Assembly (NCBI RefSeq): GCF_009914755.1
Contig: NC_060947.1
Reading direction: 5' to 3' (one strand)
Source of the DNA: the human T2T-CHM13v2.0 reference genome, Homo sapiens
Length of the DNA stretch: 64,000 bases
Positions 49,373 to 64,000 of the stretch are shown piece by piece. The translations under genes and the position numbers were made by a program. Under the pieces are notes generated by a model. It saw only the letters and a list, made by a program, of their open reading frames with translations, ran no database searches and was not told the origin of the DNA. Positions within the stretch are counted from its first letter, which is position 1, and each line of letters begins with the position of its first letter.

Positions 49373-50519
49373 TCTTTAGAGTTTTGTGCTATAAGCACGT
49401 AAGTTGTTTTAAAAACTACATATAGCTGGGTGTGGTGGCACGCCTGTAGTCCCAGCTACTCAGGAGTCCGAGGCGGCAGGATCGCTTGTGCTGGTGTTTT
49501 TCATCAGGGCCCTCCCTCTTGTTCATTCCAGACCCTGTAAGTGTGTCCTGCTGTGATCTCTCTCTGTGGTTGCCTTGTGTGGAATGAGTGTAGGAGGAGT
49601 TAGCTCCTTAAAAAAAAAAAAAGGTACAGGAAAGACTTGCCGTGGCTTTACAGATGGGTAAAATTAGGCATTTCTACCTATACATTCATCCTTTTTTTCA
49701 GTTAACTAGATTACATTTGGCTGAAAGAAGTGTTACTTAAAAGTTTATCATATAAGTTTTTGTGAAGACTCTAGATTAGCTGTAAAATAACACTGAGACC
49801 TTGAGACTGGCATGATCTTCATGAGCACCTCTTTGGAGTGCTGCTTTTCTTTGGGAACATCTTACAATGTGATGAATTTAAGGTCCTATAAAGCTAGCCT
49901 AACTTAGAGTGAATATTCAAGAGGTGTCAGATATGAGGAATCTTTGGAACCGAAGATCATGCCAGAAAGCTTCTAGGAGATTTGAATCTCTTACTTATCA
50001 GCCCTATACAGTCAGTTGTCCATGTAAATAGAGATGAGAATTGATGTGGAGAAGGTACGAAGTCTCCAGATGGCTTTGGAAGATGTTCCTGAACGTGGGT
50101 GTCATTGACAATGCTGCGGAAGTCACCAGAGGGCCCTTTTACCAAGCCCCCAGGCCAGCTCCAATTCTATTGTACTGTCACCATCGTAGCTTCTGTTGTC
50201 TGTGATCTGTACCACTCAGAGTCCTCTTATCCAGTCACTATTTGTTTCCTTTGCTGTCACCTCTTGTTTTCCTCTAAATGTGGCTGTCCTTCCCAAGCAT
50301 GTCTCACCTTCTCTGCCCTCACCATGTCATTTCCCAGCATCTGCTGGTGTAACTCAAAGTCTTTGTGCTGTCTTCACCCGCTGTTTTGTAATCTAGCCAT
50401 GGAGGTCCATGTGTGATAATAGTGGCCACTTATTGGCTACCCACTGGGCCAGCACTGAACTCTCACATGGGACAGTCTTTATTTGGATGTTCCATTTTCA
50501 ATAAAAGTGGACTGTGCCT

Positions 50520-50790
50520 GCGAGGTGCAGTGGCTCATGCCTGTAATCCTAGCCAAGGCGGGCGGATCGCTTGAGCTTAGGAGTTTGAGACCAGCCTGAG
50601 CAACATGGTGAAACCCCATCTCTATAAAAGATACAAAAATTAGCCAGGTGTGGTGGTGTGTGCCTACAGTCCCCTCTATTCAGGAGGCTGAGATGGGAGG
50701 ATTGCTTGAGCCCAAGAGGGAGGTCGAGGCTGCAATGAGCCGTGATTGCGCCACTGCACTCCAGCCTGAGCGACAGAGTGAGACCCTAAA
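50520..50790 (+). mobile_element. Old AluJ-like element
   Basis: ggaggattgcttgagccc..gtcgaggctgca; small deletion in the left arm; eroded tail. Confidence 0.85.
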
Positions 50791-51655
50791 GGACCACATC
50801 AAAACTGCTGTAACTTCTAATGTCCCTCAGGCACTAATACTGCTCCCTCCCTCTGCGTGAGCACCACTCTTGCCCCAACTCCAGGCCTGTCATGTCAGAG
50901 GCCCCGTCAGTGTCTGCTAACAAATCCTGTGTGTTCTCCAGGTCACCCTGCATTTCTCTTCCTGCTTTGTCCTCATCCCAGGCCAGGCCCTTGTGCAGAT
51001 GTGGCTTGGCCATCTCACAGGGACCTCGTCTAGCCTAACAAGCACAAGGTCACTGTGAGATGACTAACTTTCAGTTGGCTTCTGCGTCCACCACACCACA
51101 GTGCGTGCTGCTTAAGTGCTTCCGGGATGGCCCGTCCCCCTGCTGGCTGTGGCTGGGCGGGCACCATCATATTCCACCCTGCCCTGCATCCTGTGCGCTA
51201 GGTGGTGCTGGTGAATATTCTGCATCCAGCACTGCTTATGCTGTTTCTTGGCCTCTGAAGATCCTTTATTCTTCTCTGCTTTTCTTATATCTATCGTGTG
51301 ATCTTGCCCAAAATACTTTATTCCTCTGGGTCTCTCTCTGTTCCCCTATCCTGAAAATAATGTGATTATGTTGGATAGTCTCTGAAAGGTTCCCTCCTGG
51401 TCTAAGATGAACTCATTCAGCTCACCTATGAGGGCCAGCTCAGGCCTCCCACATGAAGCTTCCCCTAAGTATCCTGAGCCTCAGTGTGCCCTTCCCCGTA
51501 TACTTCTCTGGACTCCTTTCTAAGGGGGAGAAGATGGTGACTCCATTTTATATTTTGCTTGCCTTGTTGGTTAGCATTTTTCCCTCATCCTTAAATAAAA
51601 ATTCCTTGAGGGTAGGACTATGTTAAGAGTAGATCTCTTTACGTTTTCTTTTAAT

Positions 51656-52772
<1,117 letters not shown>

Positions 52773-54351
52773 CAAAGTATATAATTCTATGCATATCCAG
52801 CCAGCCAGCCAGCCTTATTTTACTTGGCATCCTTCCCTTAAAAATGGGGGATTTAAAAACATAGCGTTGGGTTGGGGAGAAGTACAGTAGTGCCTGGCAC
52901 TTTGTTAGCATTCAGTAGATGTTAGTCATGACTATTATTAGATCTCACATAGTGGTGGAGACCGTGCGCCCTGGGTTAATGTCCCAGTTGCATCATAGAA
53001 CGTGTGACTATGGACAAATTGTTAAACCTTTCTGTTCCTTCACTGTTAAAATTGGTAACAAAAACCTGCCCTTCATGAAATAGAGTATTTCAGACAGTGC
53101 TTGGCACATTAACATGTACTCAGTTACCATGTGGCTGATTGGTGCTCAAATTACCACCTCCAGGTATTTTTAGACCTGGTAATCTGGAGAATTCCATGAG
53201 CAGCAGATTCGTTCTGCCTGCCAGTCCTTTCAGTTGAGGCTGCAATTGAGGGGGCGCTGTTAGGCACAGTGCAGGTGATAGCTGGACGCCAGCACAGACT
53301 CACTGTTGAGGTGGAACAGAGAGTTCCCGCCTCCTGGATCTGCCATCCTTCTGGTCCTCTGGGACTGGAACACATTCCTCTCTGTCCGTGGCTGCAGAGA
53401 TCACCATGGGTCAGCAGTCAACCTAGGTCTTCCACCAGCTCTTCCCATGGCCTTTGTCCCGGTTTGCCTTGTGTTACAGTTTTGTGGGTAATTACCCAAG
53501 GCACAGGGCACTGGCTCTGTCTTATCCTTGTTTCCCTTAACACCACCTGGCTCAATGCCCCGACCTGGATCAGAGCTGGTGTGCAGTCAACAGTAGATGA
53601 AGGCATATTGAGAAAGTAGCTAGCTACAGGCATGGATAAATGCATCCTGAATTTCTGAAAATTGTGTTCTGGTAGCATAGGTTTAACACTTCCCTGATTT
53701 GGGGACCCACTTTATCTTTAGCAAAATCTGAAGTAAATCAGCCTCACGAATTGTGAGGATGACCAAAGCTGAGGTATTAACTACTTTTATCTTCTTGGTC
53801 ACTGGAGTCTTACCTGAATCATGCTGCCTTGAGTTCTGAAACTGATGTGTTCTTGGAGGTTGTGGTGGAGTGTCAGTTCTTAATGTCTTGTGGGGCTGAA
53901 GATCGCTGTCCTCCCAAGAATCTGAGGAATTCGTTTAATGGACAGAAAACTCAGTCATGGGCATTTTTTCATACAACTTAGGGAGAAGGAGGGCTTGTCT
54001 CTCGCTACCCGGAGCTGGGATGAAAGCTGCACTTCAGCCTTAACTGAGTTCAGAGTGTGGTGGCTGACAGCTTCCTCCATGTGCTGCTGCCTCTGAAATT
54101 GAGGAGATTAAATTTGTTTTTCTCATAATACAAACCCCCTTCTTTGGTTCCACCCTAGGAGCTTCTGAGATAAGCTCTGCTACCGACAGGCAGGCACAGC
54201 TACTTCTATAAAGACACACACAGCTGTCAGCTGGGTGAGGGAGGTGCAGGGATGGGGGAGGGGAGGGGCACAGAAACATTTTTGTGTACTGGGACAGGGA
54301 GTAGAGATAAGGAAGGGAACTTAGAATTTAAATGTGCAATTGTATTCACAG

Positions 54352-54447
54352 ATGACAAAGAAAATTAAAAAACTGGAAAAAGAAACAATAATTTGGCGTA
54401 CCAAATGGGAAAACAATAATAAAGCACTTCTGCAAATGGCTGAAGAG
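54352..54447 (+). CDS. TXLNG: Gamma-taxilin exon 9 (MTKKIKKLEKETIIWRTKWENNNKALLQMAEE, 96 nt)
   Basis: ttcacag acceptor, GAG|GTGAGA donor. Confidence 0.95.
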
Positions 54448-54740
54448 GTGAGATGGTTTCCTGCGACTAAGGTGTAGTCTTAGTCATGGGGACTCCTTGA
54501 GTTCAGGTACCTATCGGGGCCGGGGACGTGTGCTGTAACACTACTACCATAGTTGAGGACTCCAGCCCGCGTTGGGGCGGGGGTGGGGATGAGTTGCTGG
54601 GTAGAATCTGTGACTTCTTTCCTGGCAGTTAGGTTAGGGACAGGGCCCTGAGTGAGGGGCTGAGCTTCCTACCACCCAGTTAATCAGCCCAGGCTTGTGT
54701 CGGAGATAGCATAAAACATCTAGATTTTGCTTTCTTCTAC

Positions 54741-55737
<997 letters not shown>

Positions 55738-55958
55738 GTGACAAAAGGAATTTAATTTTGTCCCCCTGAAACAATATGCTAAATCTCATTCGGTATAGTT
55801 ATGGGTGCAGTCATGCTAGCTAGCTAGAATGTTAGGAGGCTGAAGAGACGGAACATGTTCCATAGGTGAGAAGTGTCCAATATGGCTGAGCTGGCTTAAT
55901 TTTTTTGTAACCTGATTGATATTTAACAGGGTTACAGAAATCCTCTTTTTTCTTACAG

Positions 55959-56297
55959 AAAACAGTCCGTGATAAAGAGTACAAGGCCCTTCAAATAAAA
56001 CTGGAACGGTTAGAGAAGCTGTGCAGGGCTCTTCAAACAGAAAGGAATGAGCTCAATGAGAAGGTGGAAGTCCTGAAAGAGCAGGTATCCATCAAAGCGG
56101 CCATCAAAGCGGCGAACAGGGATTTAGCAACACCTGTGATGCAGCCCTGTACTGCCCTGGATTCTCACAAGGAGCTGAACACTTCCTCGAAAAGAGCCCT
56201 GGGAGCGCACCTGGAGGCTGAGCCCAAGAGTCAGAGAAGCGCTGTGCAAAAGCCCCCGTCCACAGGCTCTGCTCCGGCCATCGAGTCGGTTGACTAA
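55959..56297 (+). CDS. TXLNG: Gamma-taxilin exon 10 coding part (KTVRDKEY...LEKLCRALQTER...APAIESVD*)
   Basis: tttcttacag acceptor; TAA 56295-56297. The ten exons sum to 528 aa with no internal stop. Confidence 0.96.
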   Translation, partial: KTVRDKEYKALQIKLERLEKLCRALQTERNELNEKVEVLKEQVSIKAAIKAANRDLATPVMQPCTALDSHKELNTSSKRALGAHLEAEPKSQRSAVQKPPSTGSAPAIESVD

Positions 56298-59060
56298 GAT
56301 GAGGTGTGATCACTGTATTGAGAGATATATTTTGTGTATAACTTTCTCTGTTAGTAGTTAACTATTGGTTTTGTGGTGAAAATTTTCTTACTTTTTCTAC
56401 CATATCTGTATTTTCTTAGAACTACTGGACTTATGTGGTACAGGAGGCTGCTTAGCAGTTTTGAATAGTTTAATCTATAAATTTTCCTCAGCTGTGTTGC
56501 ACATCAGCCTCGTTCTCCCTCCACTGGAATGCATGTGTTCACTGCCTTGTCCTTTCTCTCCCTGCTCCTTGCACATTATCATCCTAATGAAAATTTCACT
56601 GACAGGGCCGACCATTACAAGGGAACTTTGTTCTGACGATGGTTCCTTGATGTGAAAACAATATTAATTTAAACGTCTTAGCCCCCCCCCCCATAATATT
56701 ATTCAGAAAAACAAAATACCAAGGCGATTAGTTTTGTCTAATAACCCATTTAAATGCCAAGTAAAAATAAAACTCCTAGTGTTGGGTCAGAAGCATATTT
56801 GATTGAAATTAGCTTTTTGAAAACATTTATATCTCGGGACAAATTGAGATGGCCACATGCCTAGAATCCTAAGTTTCGGCAGAATATGTATATAAAGATG
56901 TCACTTGTGGACAAAATAGTACATAGAGGCAAATCACTAGACAAATAAGCTTAGTGTTTACGTGACTGAACAGTCATCCTGCTTTGGTTTCAGGTGTGGG
57001 ATTTGGACCATGAGGGGCTCCCGTAGAGGATGGCGGTTTGTGTTTGATTCTGATTTGGGATTTCAGTACATATTCTCCACTTCCCATAGAAGGCCACTTA
57101 TTCTTTGAAAACTGGTGTTCATGTTTGCCGTTCAATGAAGTCCCTTGTCAAAGACAAGGACGGTCAATTCACGTGTCACTTTCACTAGGCAGAAGTTTCT
57201 CCAATACCTTCTGGCTACTTGAAAGTTACTACAAAAATTCCACCAGCAAAGTACTCCAGGTTTTTCAAAAGGGAATTTTCATTATGGATCAGTACCAACC
57301 GAAATTGATTTTCATTTCCAGAACAAACACTGGCACCAACATTTTTACTTTGGGAAGACTTGGCAGAGTGTTAGTCATGATCTGTTACTTACGTGTTCAG
57401 TCTGTTTTCTCACCCCCTTCTTAGTTACCATCTCTTTTTTAAGAAGAAAAAAGAAAAGCCACAGTATTATCAAGGTCTCTACACTTGGACTGGGGGAAAA
57501 TTTGAAATTAAGCACATAACTTTTGAATTAGTTCTTTGTTTCAATGTTGAATGTGGCGCAGTTATGCAGATGATTAATCAGGCTGCACTGATGGAAGTTT
57601 TGACTTTGTCCCTGGTATAATTTGCATTGAAATGCTTTATGAAATAAAAGGTTCTACTAGAACTGATGTTAGCACATTCCACTGAGCAAAACTATCAGAC
57701 TGACACTTGTTAAATTGCTTACTGGACTGAATAAACTCTGTTTTGTCCAGTTAAAAGGGTTTTCTCTTTGTTACAAGTGTTATTTGTAAAGTCCTGTCAC
57801 ATTCATGGTCGAAACTGGGTTGAAAGAATTGAAAATTGTCCAACAGATAGATAGATAGGAAACCGCCTGGAGTGGAGGAGGGTTGTATCTAAGCCTCCAC
57901 CATCAGTCATGTTAATTCAAGGGGCCACAGTGGAGGAAAATAAATCCACAAAGTAGATTATCTAATTACCATCAAAATGAGTCAGAAGCAAAAAACAACA
58001 CCCTCCAACAGCCTCTTAGGAGTACACCCTGTTCTGCTACTAAAATACTAGACTCATTTCCCTGGTGGTGGGGGGGAATGCAGGTATAGATCAGAAATAT
58101 AATCGACCTTAAAATTAGTACTAATGATCACATTATTTCACAAGAACTCTGCTGGATGTACAGCTCTTAACATTTTATTAAGCCATTTGTGTAGCCCACC
58201 ACGTTTCTTTGTGGTGCTTGTCCTGTGTGGAAGATTGTAAATCTTGGGCCTGTTGCATACTTCCAAGGGCTTTAAAGCAATGTGATTAACAGTACTTGGC
58301 CTGCTGCTTTTGGCTTACTTTGTATTTTTAGCTAGATGCTATTATAGTGTTGAAAGGATATGGATTCTGTCTGGGATGCATTTGTTGTCCTTTCAGAACC
58401 CTTCCTCCCATTACCCTGTGAATAAAAACAAATGGGACCCCCTGAGAAGGACATCTTCCTACAGTGATCACCTCACCAGCCCAGTGTTGTGGCTTTGTAG
58501 CGCACCCCATATCTACCATATTCTAGAACACTGTAATGCTACTAGGCTGGCCCAGAAAAGGTTTAAATGTTGAATTCACTTAAATTGCAATTGTTGCACC
58601 ATCATGGAATCGTGATGTGTATTATTTATATTGGCGGTGGACTCCAAGGTGTAGAGAAAACTTGGGTCTTGGGTAATATGGACCATTTCATCCTCAGACT
58701 TGTTAGGAGTACATTTCTTGGTCTTGAGACCAGTATTTTTCAGTTATGTATGCAACTGCCTTTATTACACCTGGTTATCACAATTCAATTCTCAGGTGTT
58801 GCAGAAAAATCTACCTCTTTCAGACTGTAGATGGAAATAACTGTGAAAAAAATGATGCAGATATCTTCTAGTTTGTGCTAAACACACTGCTTTATTTTTA
58901 CAGCCCACGTCTTTCATGAGGATACGAATTGTTAAGAGGCAGTCTCGTTTTGCTTTTCAAAGACATTTTGTAGAGATTTTTCACTAATGTGAATCTGATT
59001 TTATCTACTTGATTCTGTATAGATTAAGTAAATATGTATGATAAACTTAACAGCTTCTGT
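56298..59060 (+). other. TXLNG: TXLNG 3' UTR with several candidate poly(A) signals
   Basis: AT-rich sequence with no recognisable Alu. AATAAA at 56766, 57643, 57730, 57939 and 58421; variant AGTAAA 59027 and GATAAA 59040 followed by a U/GU-rich tract. The true end cannot be fixed from sequence alone. Confidence 0.7.
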
Positions 59061-59180
59061 GTATTCTTTCATTATCCATGTGACCTTAACTGTAGGAGTC
59101 CAAAGGTACCATTTTACCCATTTCTACTCAAAAAGTAGACTCCCCCGCCCCCCCCACTAAGCTTTTAAAAAAACACAAGT

Positions 59181-59199
59181 TTTATTTTAAAACTTTATT
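59181..59199 (-). terminator. RBBP7: Tandem AATAAA poly(A) signals of RBBP7
   Basis: Plus-strand TTTATT at 59194-59199 and 59181-59186, about 370 nt after the stop, followed on the minus strand by U/GU-rich and then G-rich sequence. Confidence 0.75.
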
Positions 59200-59564
59200 T
59201 CTGCAAAGCCAATCAAGAAGTGTTGGAAGGAAAAAGTGTAAAAGTTATTCTTGCATATTTGGGAACAGCAAGCACTTAGTTTGAGAAAATGAGGACTTAA
59301 AACAGTTGAATCAAAGGCAATACCCTGCTACTTGTATTTAAAATCAATGGTGATGTTCTTTCTTAAGCAACATTCTTCTCTTCCCTAATAGCTACAATAT
59401 GATACAGTACGCAACAGCTCACTTGAAAGTGCTAGAATCAGAGGATAAAGAAGCCATAAGCCACCCCACTTACATTTCCTACTATACAATGCCTTTTTGG
59501 CGCTTGATAAATCAAGCATTCATGTAGCATTACATTCAACAGAAACATTTCTCGTACTTTGGGT

Positions 59565-59633
59565 TTAAGATCCTTGTCCCTCCAGTTCGGATGTCGTGAC
59601 ATCTGACTCTTCATCATTGTAAATATTTTCAGC
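59565..59633 (-). CDS. RBBP7: RBBP7 last exon coding part ([22 protein letters not shown])
   Basis: Acceptor TCTCCAG; TAA at 59567-59565. The [14 protein letters not shown] tail distinguishes RBBP7 from RBBP4. Confidence 0.96.
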   Translation of the reverse strand, partial: AENIYNDEESDVTTSELEGQGS

Positions 59634-60351
59634 CTGGAGATAACCAAATAAATTCACAGGTAAAAACTCCCTATGGTTTTCACATGGTCATGTAAAAACA
59701 ATTTAATCTATTTAGAACTTAATAGTTTCATTTTTACATTTCTCTCTTAAAAACTTCAATAAGGAAATGGTAGGCTAGCCAGTATTTTGAAAAATTCTTT
59801 GCCAGTGTGTAATTCCGTATGTATACTTAGCCACCCATCGATGCACTACTTATTTCAATCACTGTTCATAAGAGATGTTTTCCAAAGGCACTTCAAGCAT
59901 CGTTTAGAGGAAGTGGTAGCCCAGATGTTATGGAAGTCTCGGTTAACAACAACTTAGAAATGTCAGCTACTTAGTGCTCATCCTCAGAGAACTTGGTGTC
60001 ATTTGAATGCCTTGACCTCTCCTTCCTGTATCCCTCATGCCTACCACACAGAACAGACACTGGAGACAGAGTAGCGACGCCAAGACTCCAGTGTATGAAG
60101 AGCACAACAACAATGAAAATCAGTGCAGATGCAGAGATTTCTCCTGACCTGACAGGTGCTACAAATAGCAAACAGTGGACGAAGCACCATATGGGACTAA
60201 AGATTGTATTGTTGAAATGGAAAAAGTTCTTTTAAACGGTTTCTGTAAATGTTTGGCATAATATGCACCTACATATTCGAAATAACTTTATTACATTATG
60301 TAAGTAGTAAATCTCTCCTTTACAAGACAGTCATTCAAGAAAAACATTTTA

Positions 60352-60471
<120 letters not shown>

Positions 60472-61379
60472 TTACAAGAACAAAAAAAGCTTTGATTTCA
60501 TATACTCTCCTGTTAATCCTAACAAAGGTTTTACTAAGTTTTTAGAGCTATCAGTATTTCAACTGGGGGTGGGTGCTGTCTGGTTTTAGAAGGTGGTACA
60601 GGCTCAGTAATCTATTTATACTTATTTTGCAAATTTCCAAACCTCCAGAATAGGTGACAGAATATAGTACAATGGATACCTGTATACCCTTTACCTAGAT
60701 TCACCAAGTAATACTAGCATAACTGATGCTTTATCCATGAGCCTATACAATGAAATGGCTGAAGACTTCAGCCTGCATCCCTTAAGAATGAGGACATTTT
60801 CCTAGTCAAAATGCCATTTCCATACTGATTATGATGAACATTAATCCAGCATCATTTGCTCATATACAGTTAGGTGCAAACATCTAAGGTAATCAATCCG
60901 TTATATGCCATGTAACATACTCTTCTATTATACAAGGGGCCTGAGGAGTCTTCTGGTTCTTCCCCTCTCCACTTTACTGAGAGAGGCATACTTCTTGCCC
61001 ATCTTTCCAACGTACACAGACAGCACCAGGGTGAAAGAAAATCCCTGGCTCCAAAAGCATAGCTCCAGATAGTCCCTCATAAGCTATGCCTAAGGTGAGA
61101 GCTTTGCTAAACAATTCTGAAGAGAGCAGTTGTTCCCCGCAAGAGACAACCTCGTCGGAATGCACTATGCCTTATTTTTTTATCTTAGAATTAAGATTTA
61201 AACGAAACACTTCTTCACAAGGACAGTACTAAATACACTGTTTGGAACTGGGACATCACACTTTCTGACAAAGTCTGATTTGACTCTAGTTTGACAATGA
61301 GGTCTCTGCCTGCCAACTAGGTATTATGCAATGTATCTATTTTACCGAATAATCTTATCGGGTTAAAAATATGAGGTGG

Positions 61380-62920
<1,541 letters not shown>

Positions 62921-63773
62921 AAGGGTCTGGAGCATTCTTACAAGGTGGGCTTAGTGAACATCTTCTGTGTGCAGGGCTTGCTCTCAAGGACCTTCTTTAC
63001 CTTTGAAAACTTGTGGACATTCAATATACTCCATAGGTTCACAGAAAAAATGAATAAATAAAACTCATGGACAAAGTACAAGTGTGCCAAAAATGAGTAC
63101 TGGCATTAGAACTAAAATCGTAAATGACAGAGTGATGAGTGACTATCTGCCAAATAATGGGAGGAGACAAATGTTGGATTCAGAGCAAGGACAGGGAACC
63201 ATTGCTAAATCCGGCAATGCTTCATAGAAAAATGACGAAGTGAGCACTGAAGGACTCAGACGGGAAGAATGAGGATGGGCAGATACCACCACATAAGCTT
63301 TCAAAGGGCCAAGGAGATGCGTGATGCTTCAATCAGGCATGGGAGGGAGATAGTGGGCTCTGCTAACATCAAGATTGAGAAAGCACTCCTTTTCTGGGCA
63401 GGAAACTTAAAAAGCATTTAAAATTTTTTCTATACTGTTAGGAAATGTTAAGTACTGCCAACTGAATAGCAATTATACTCACTCCCCATCCCCAAACCAT
63501 CACAAATACCAGAGTTGAAATCAGTGAGAAATTACTATATACTATTTTCCAGGACCTCAAACCATTCTCAGTGAAACATTCATAAAAACCTACTGGGCTC
63601 CATTTACTATTTTTGATAAATGTCAAAGCCCAGTTGCAATAACCTTCAGGGCCTCCATTTTGAAACCATCTGCAAGAGCTAGAATTCGAAGTTCTGACCC
63701 ATTCTCGAAATAAAGAGATCAATGACAATCCAATCTGCATATGACATTTCATCTTCTATAAGCCAATGCGTAC

Positions 63774-63831
63774 CAGGAGTTCTGGAGGCCCATCTTCTGC
63801 ATCTTCTGCTGATTGTTCTTCCCCAATTTTA
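63774..63831 (-). CDS. RBBP7: RBBP7 third-last coding exon ((S)[19 protein letters not shown], 58 nt)
   Basis: Minus-strand acceptor TTCTTACAG and donor CTG|GTACGC; acidic PP-loop of RbAp46/48. The gene continues beyond the window end. Confidence 0.95.
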
Positions 63832-64000
63832 CTGTAAGAATAAAGAATATAACGCTTTCATCAGTGAAATTCTTGTAGCACGAACATCTGCTAAACCAGT
63901 ATCAGCCCAGAAAGTAATCTTAAAACATAAACACACTCACAAAAACAACTTATTTCTATACTACAATCAATTAGGTTTTTTTTTTCCTTAGAGACATGGC

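Noticed and set aside
53177-53200. tggtaatctggagaattcca as a decayed second copy of exon 8
   Set aside because: The offset (about 1040) is near the flanking repeat spacing, but the match is only about 20 nt with gaps; too short to support.
53240-53262. Possible CTCF site (AGGGGGCGCTG)
   Set aside because: Only the 3' half matches; the CCA(C/G)(C/T) 5' half is absent.

Overview
Human (primate) genomic DNA, very Alu-rich. The + strand carries the complete gamma-taxilin gene TXLNG: a CpG-island promoter, 10 coding exons that I spliced by hand (998-56297, all GT-AG, 528 codons plus TAA), a 32-kb first intron and a 3' UTR of up to about 2.7 kb. The - strand carries the last three coding exons of RBBP7 (RbAp46), whose 3' end converges on the TXLNG 3' end near 58.9-59.2 kb; this gene pair places the window at Xp22. 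Intron 1 hides a sense RPL12 processed pseudogene that is internally deleted and split by three Alus, and is not evident from the ORF track. The rest is Alu, L1, MIR, MaLR LTR and DNA-transposon debris, which explains most listed ORFs. I see no evidence for a wholly new biological system. The best leads are structural or regulatory: a perfect 34-bp-stem hairpin in intron 5, a fold-back Alu, a tailless Alu with a 31-bp direct repeat, a diverged ~110-bp repeat bracketing exon 8, a 7SL/Alu-headed chimera, a candidate poison exon, a pseudogene-derived candidate terminal exon, likely leaky scanning to Met40, and inverted Alus around exons 2-3. Repeat boundaries and subfamily names are by eye and approximate.
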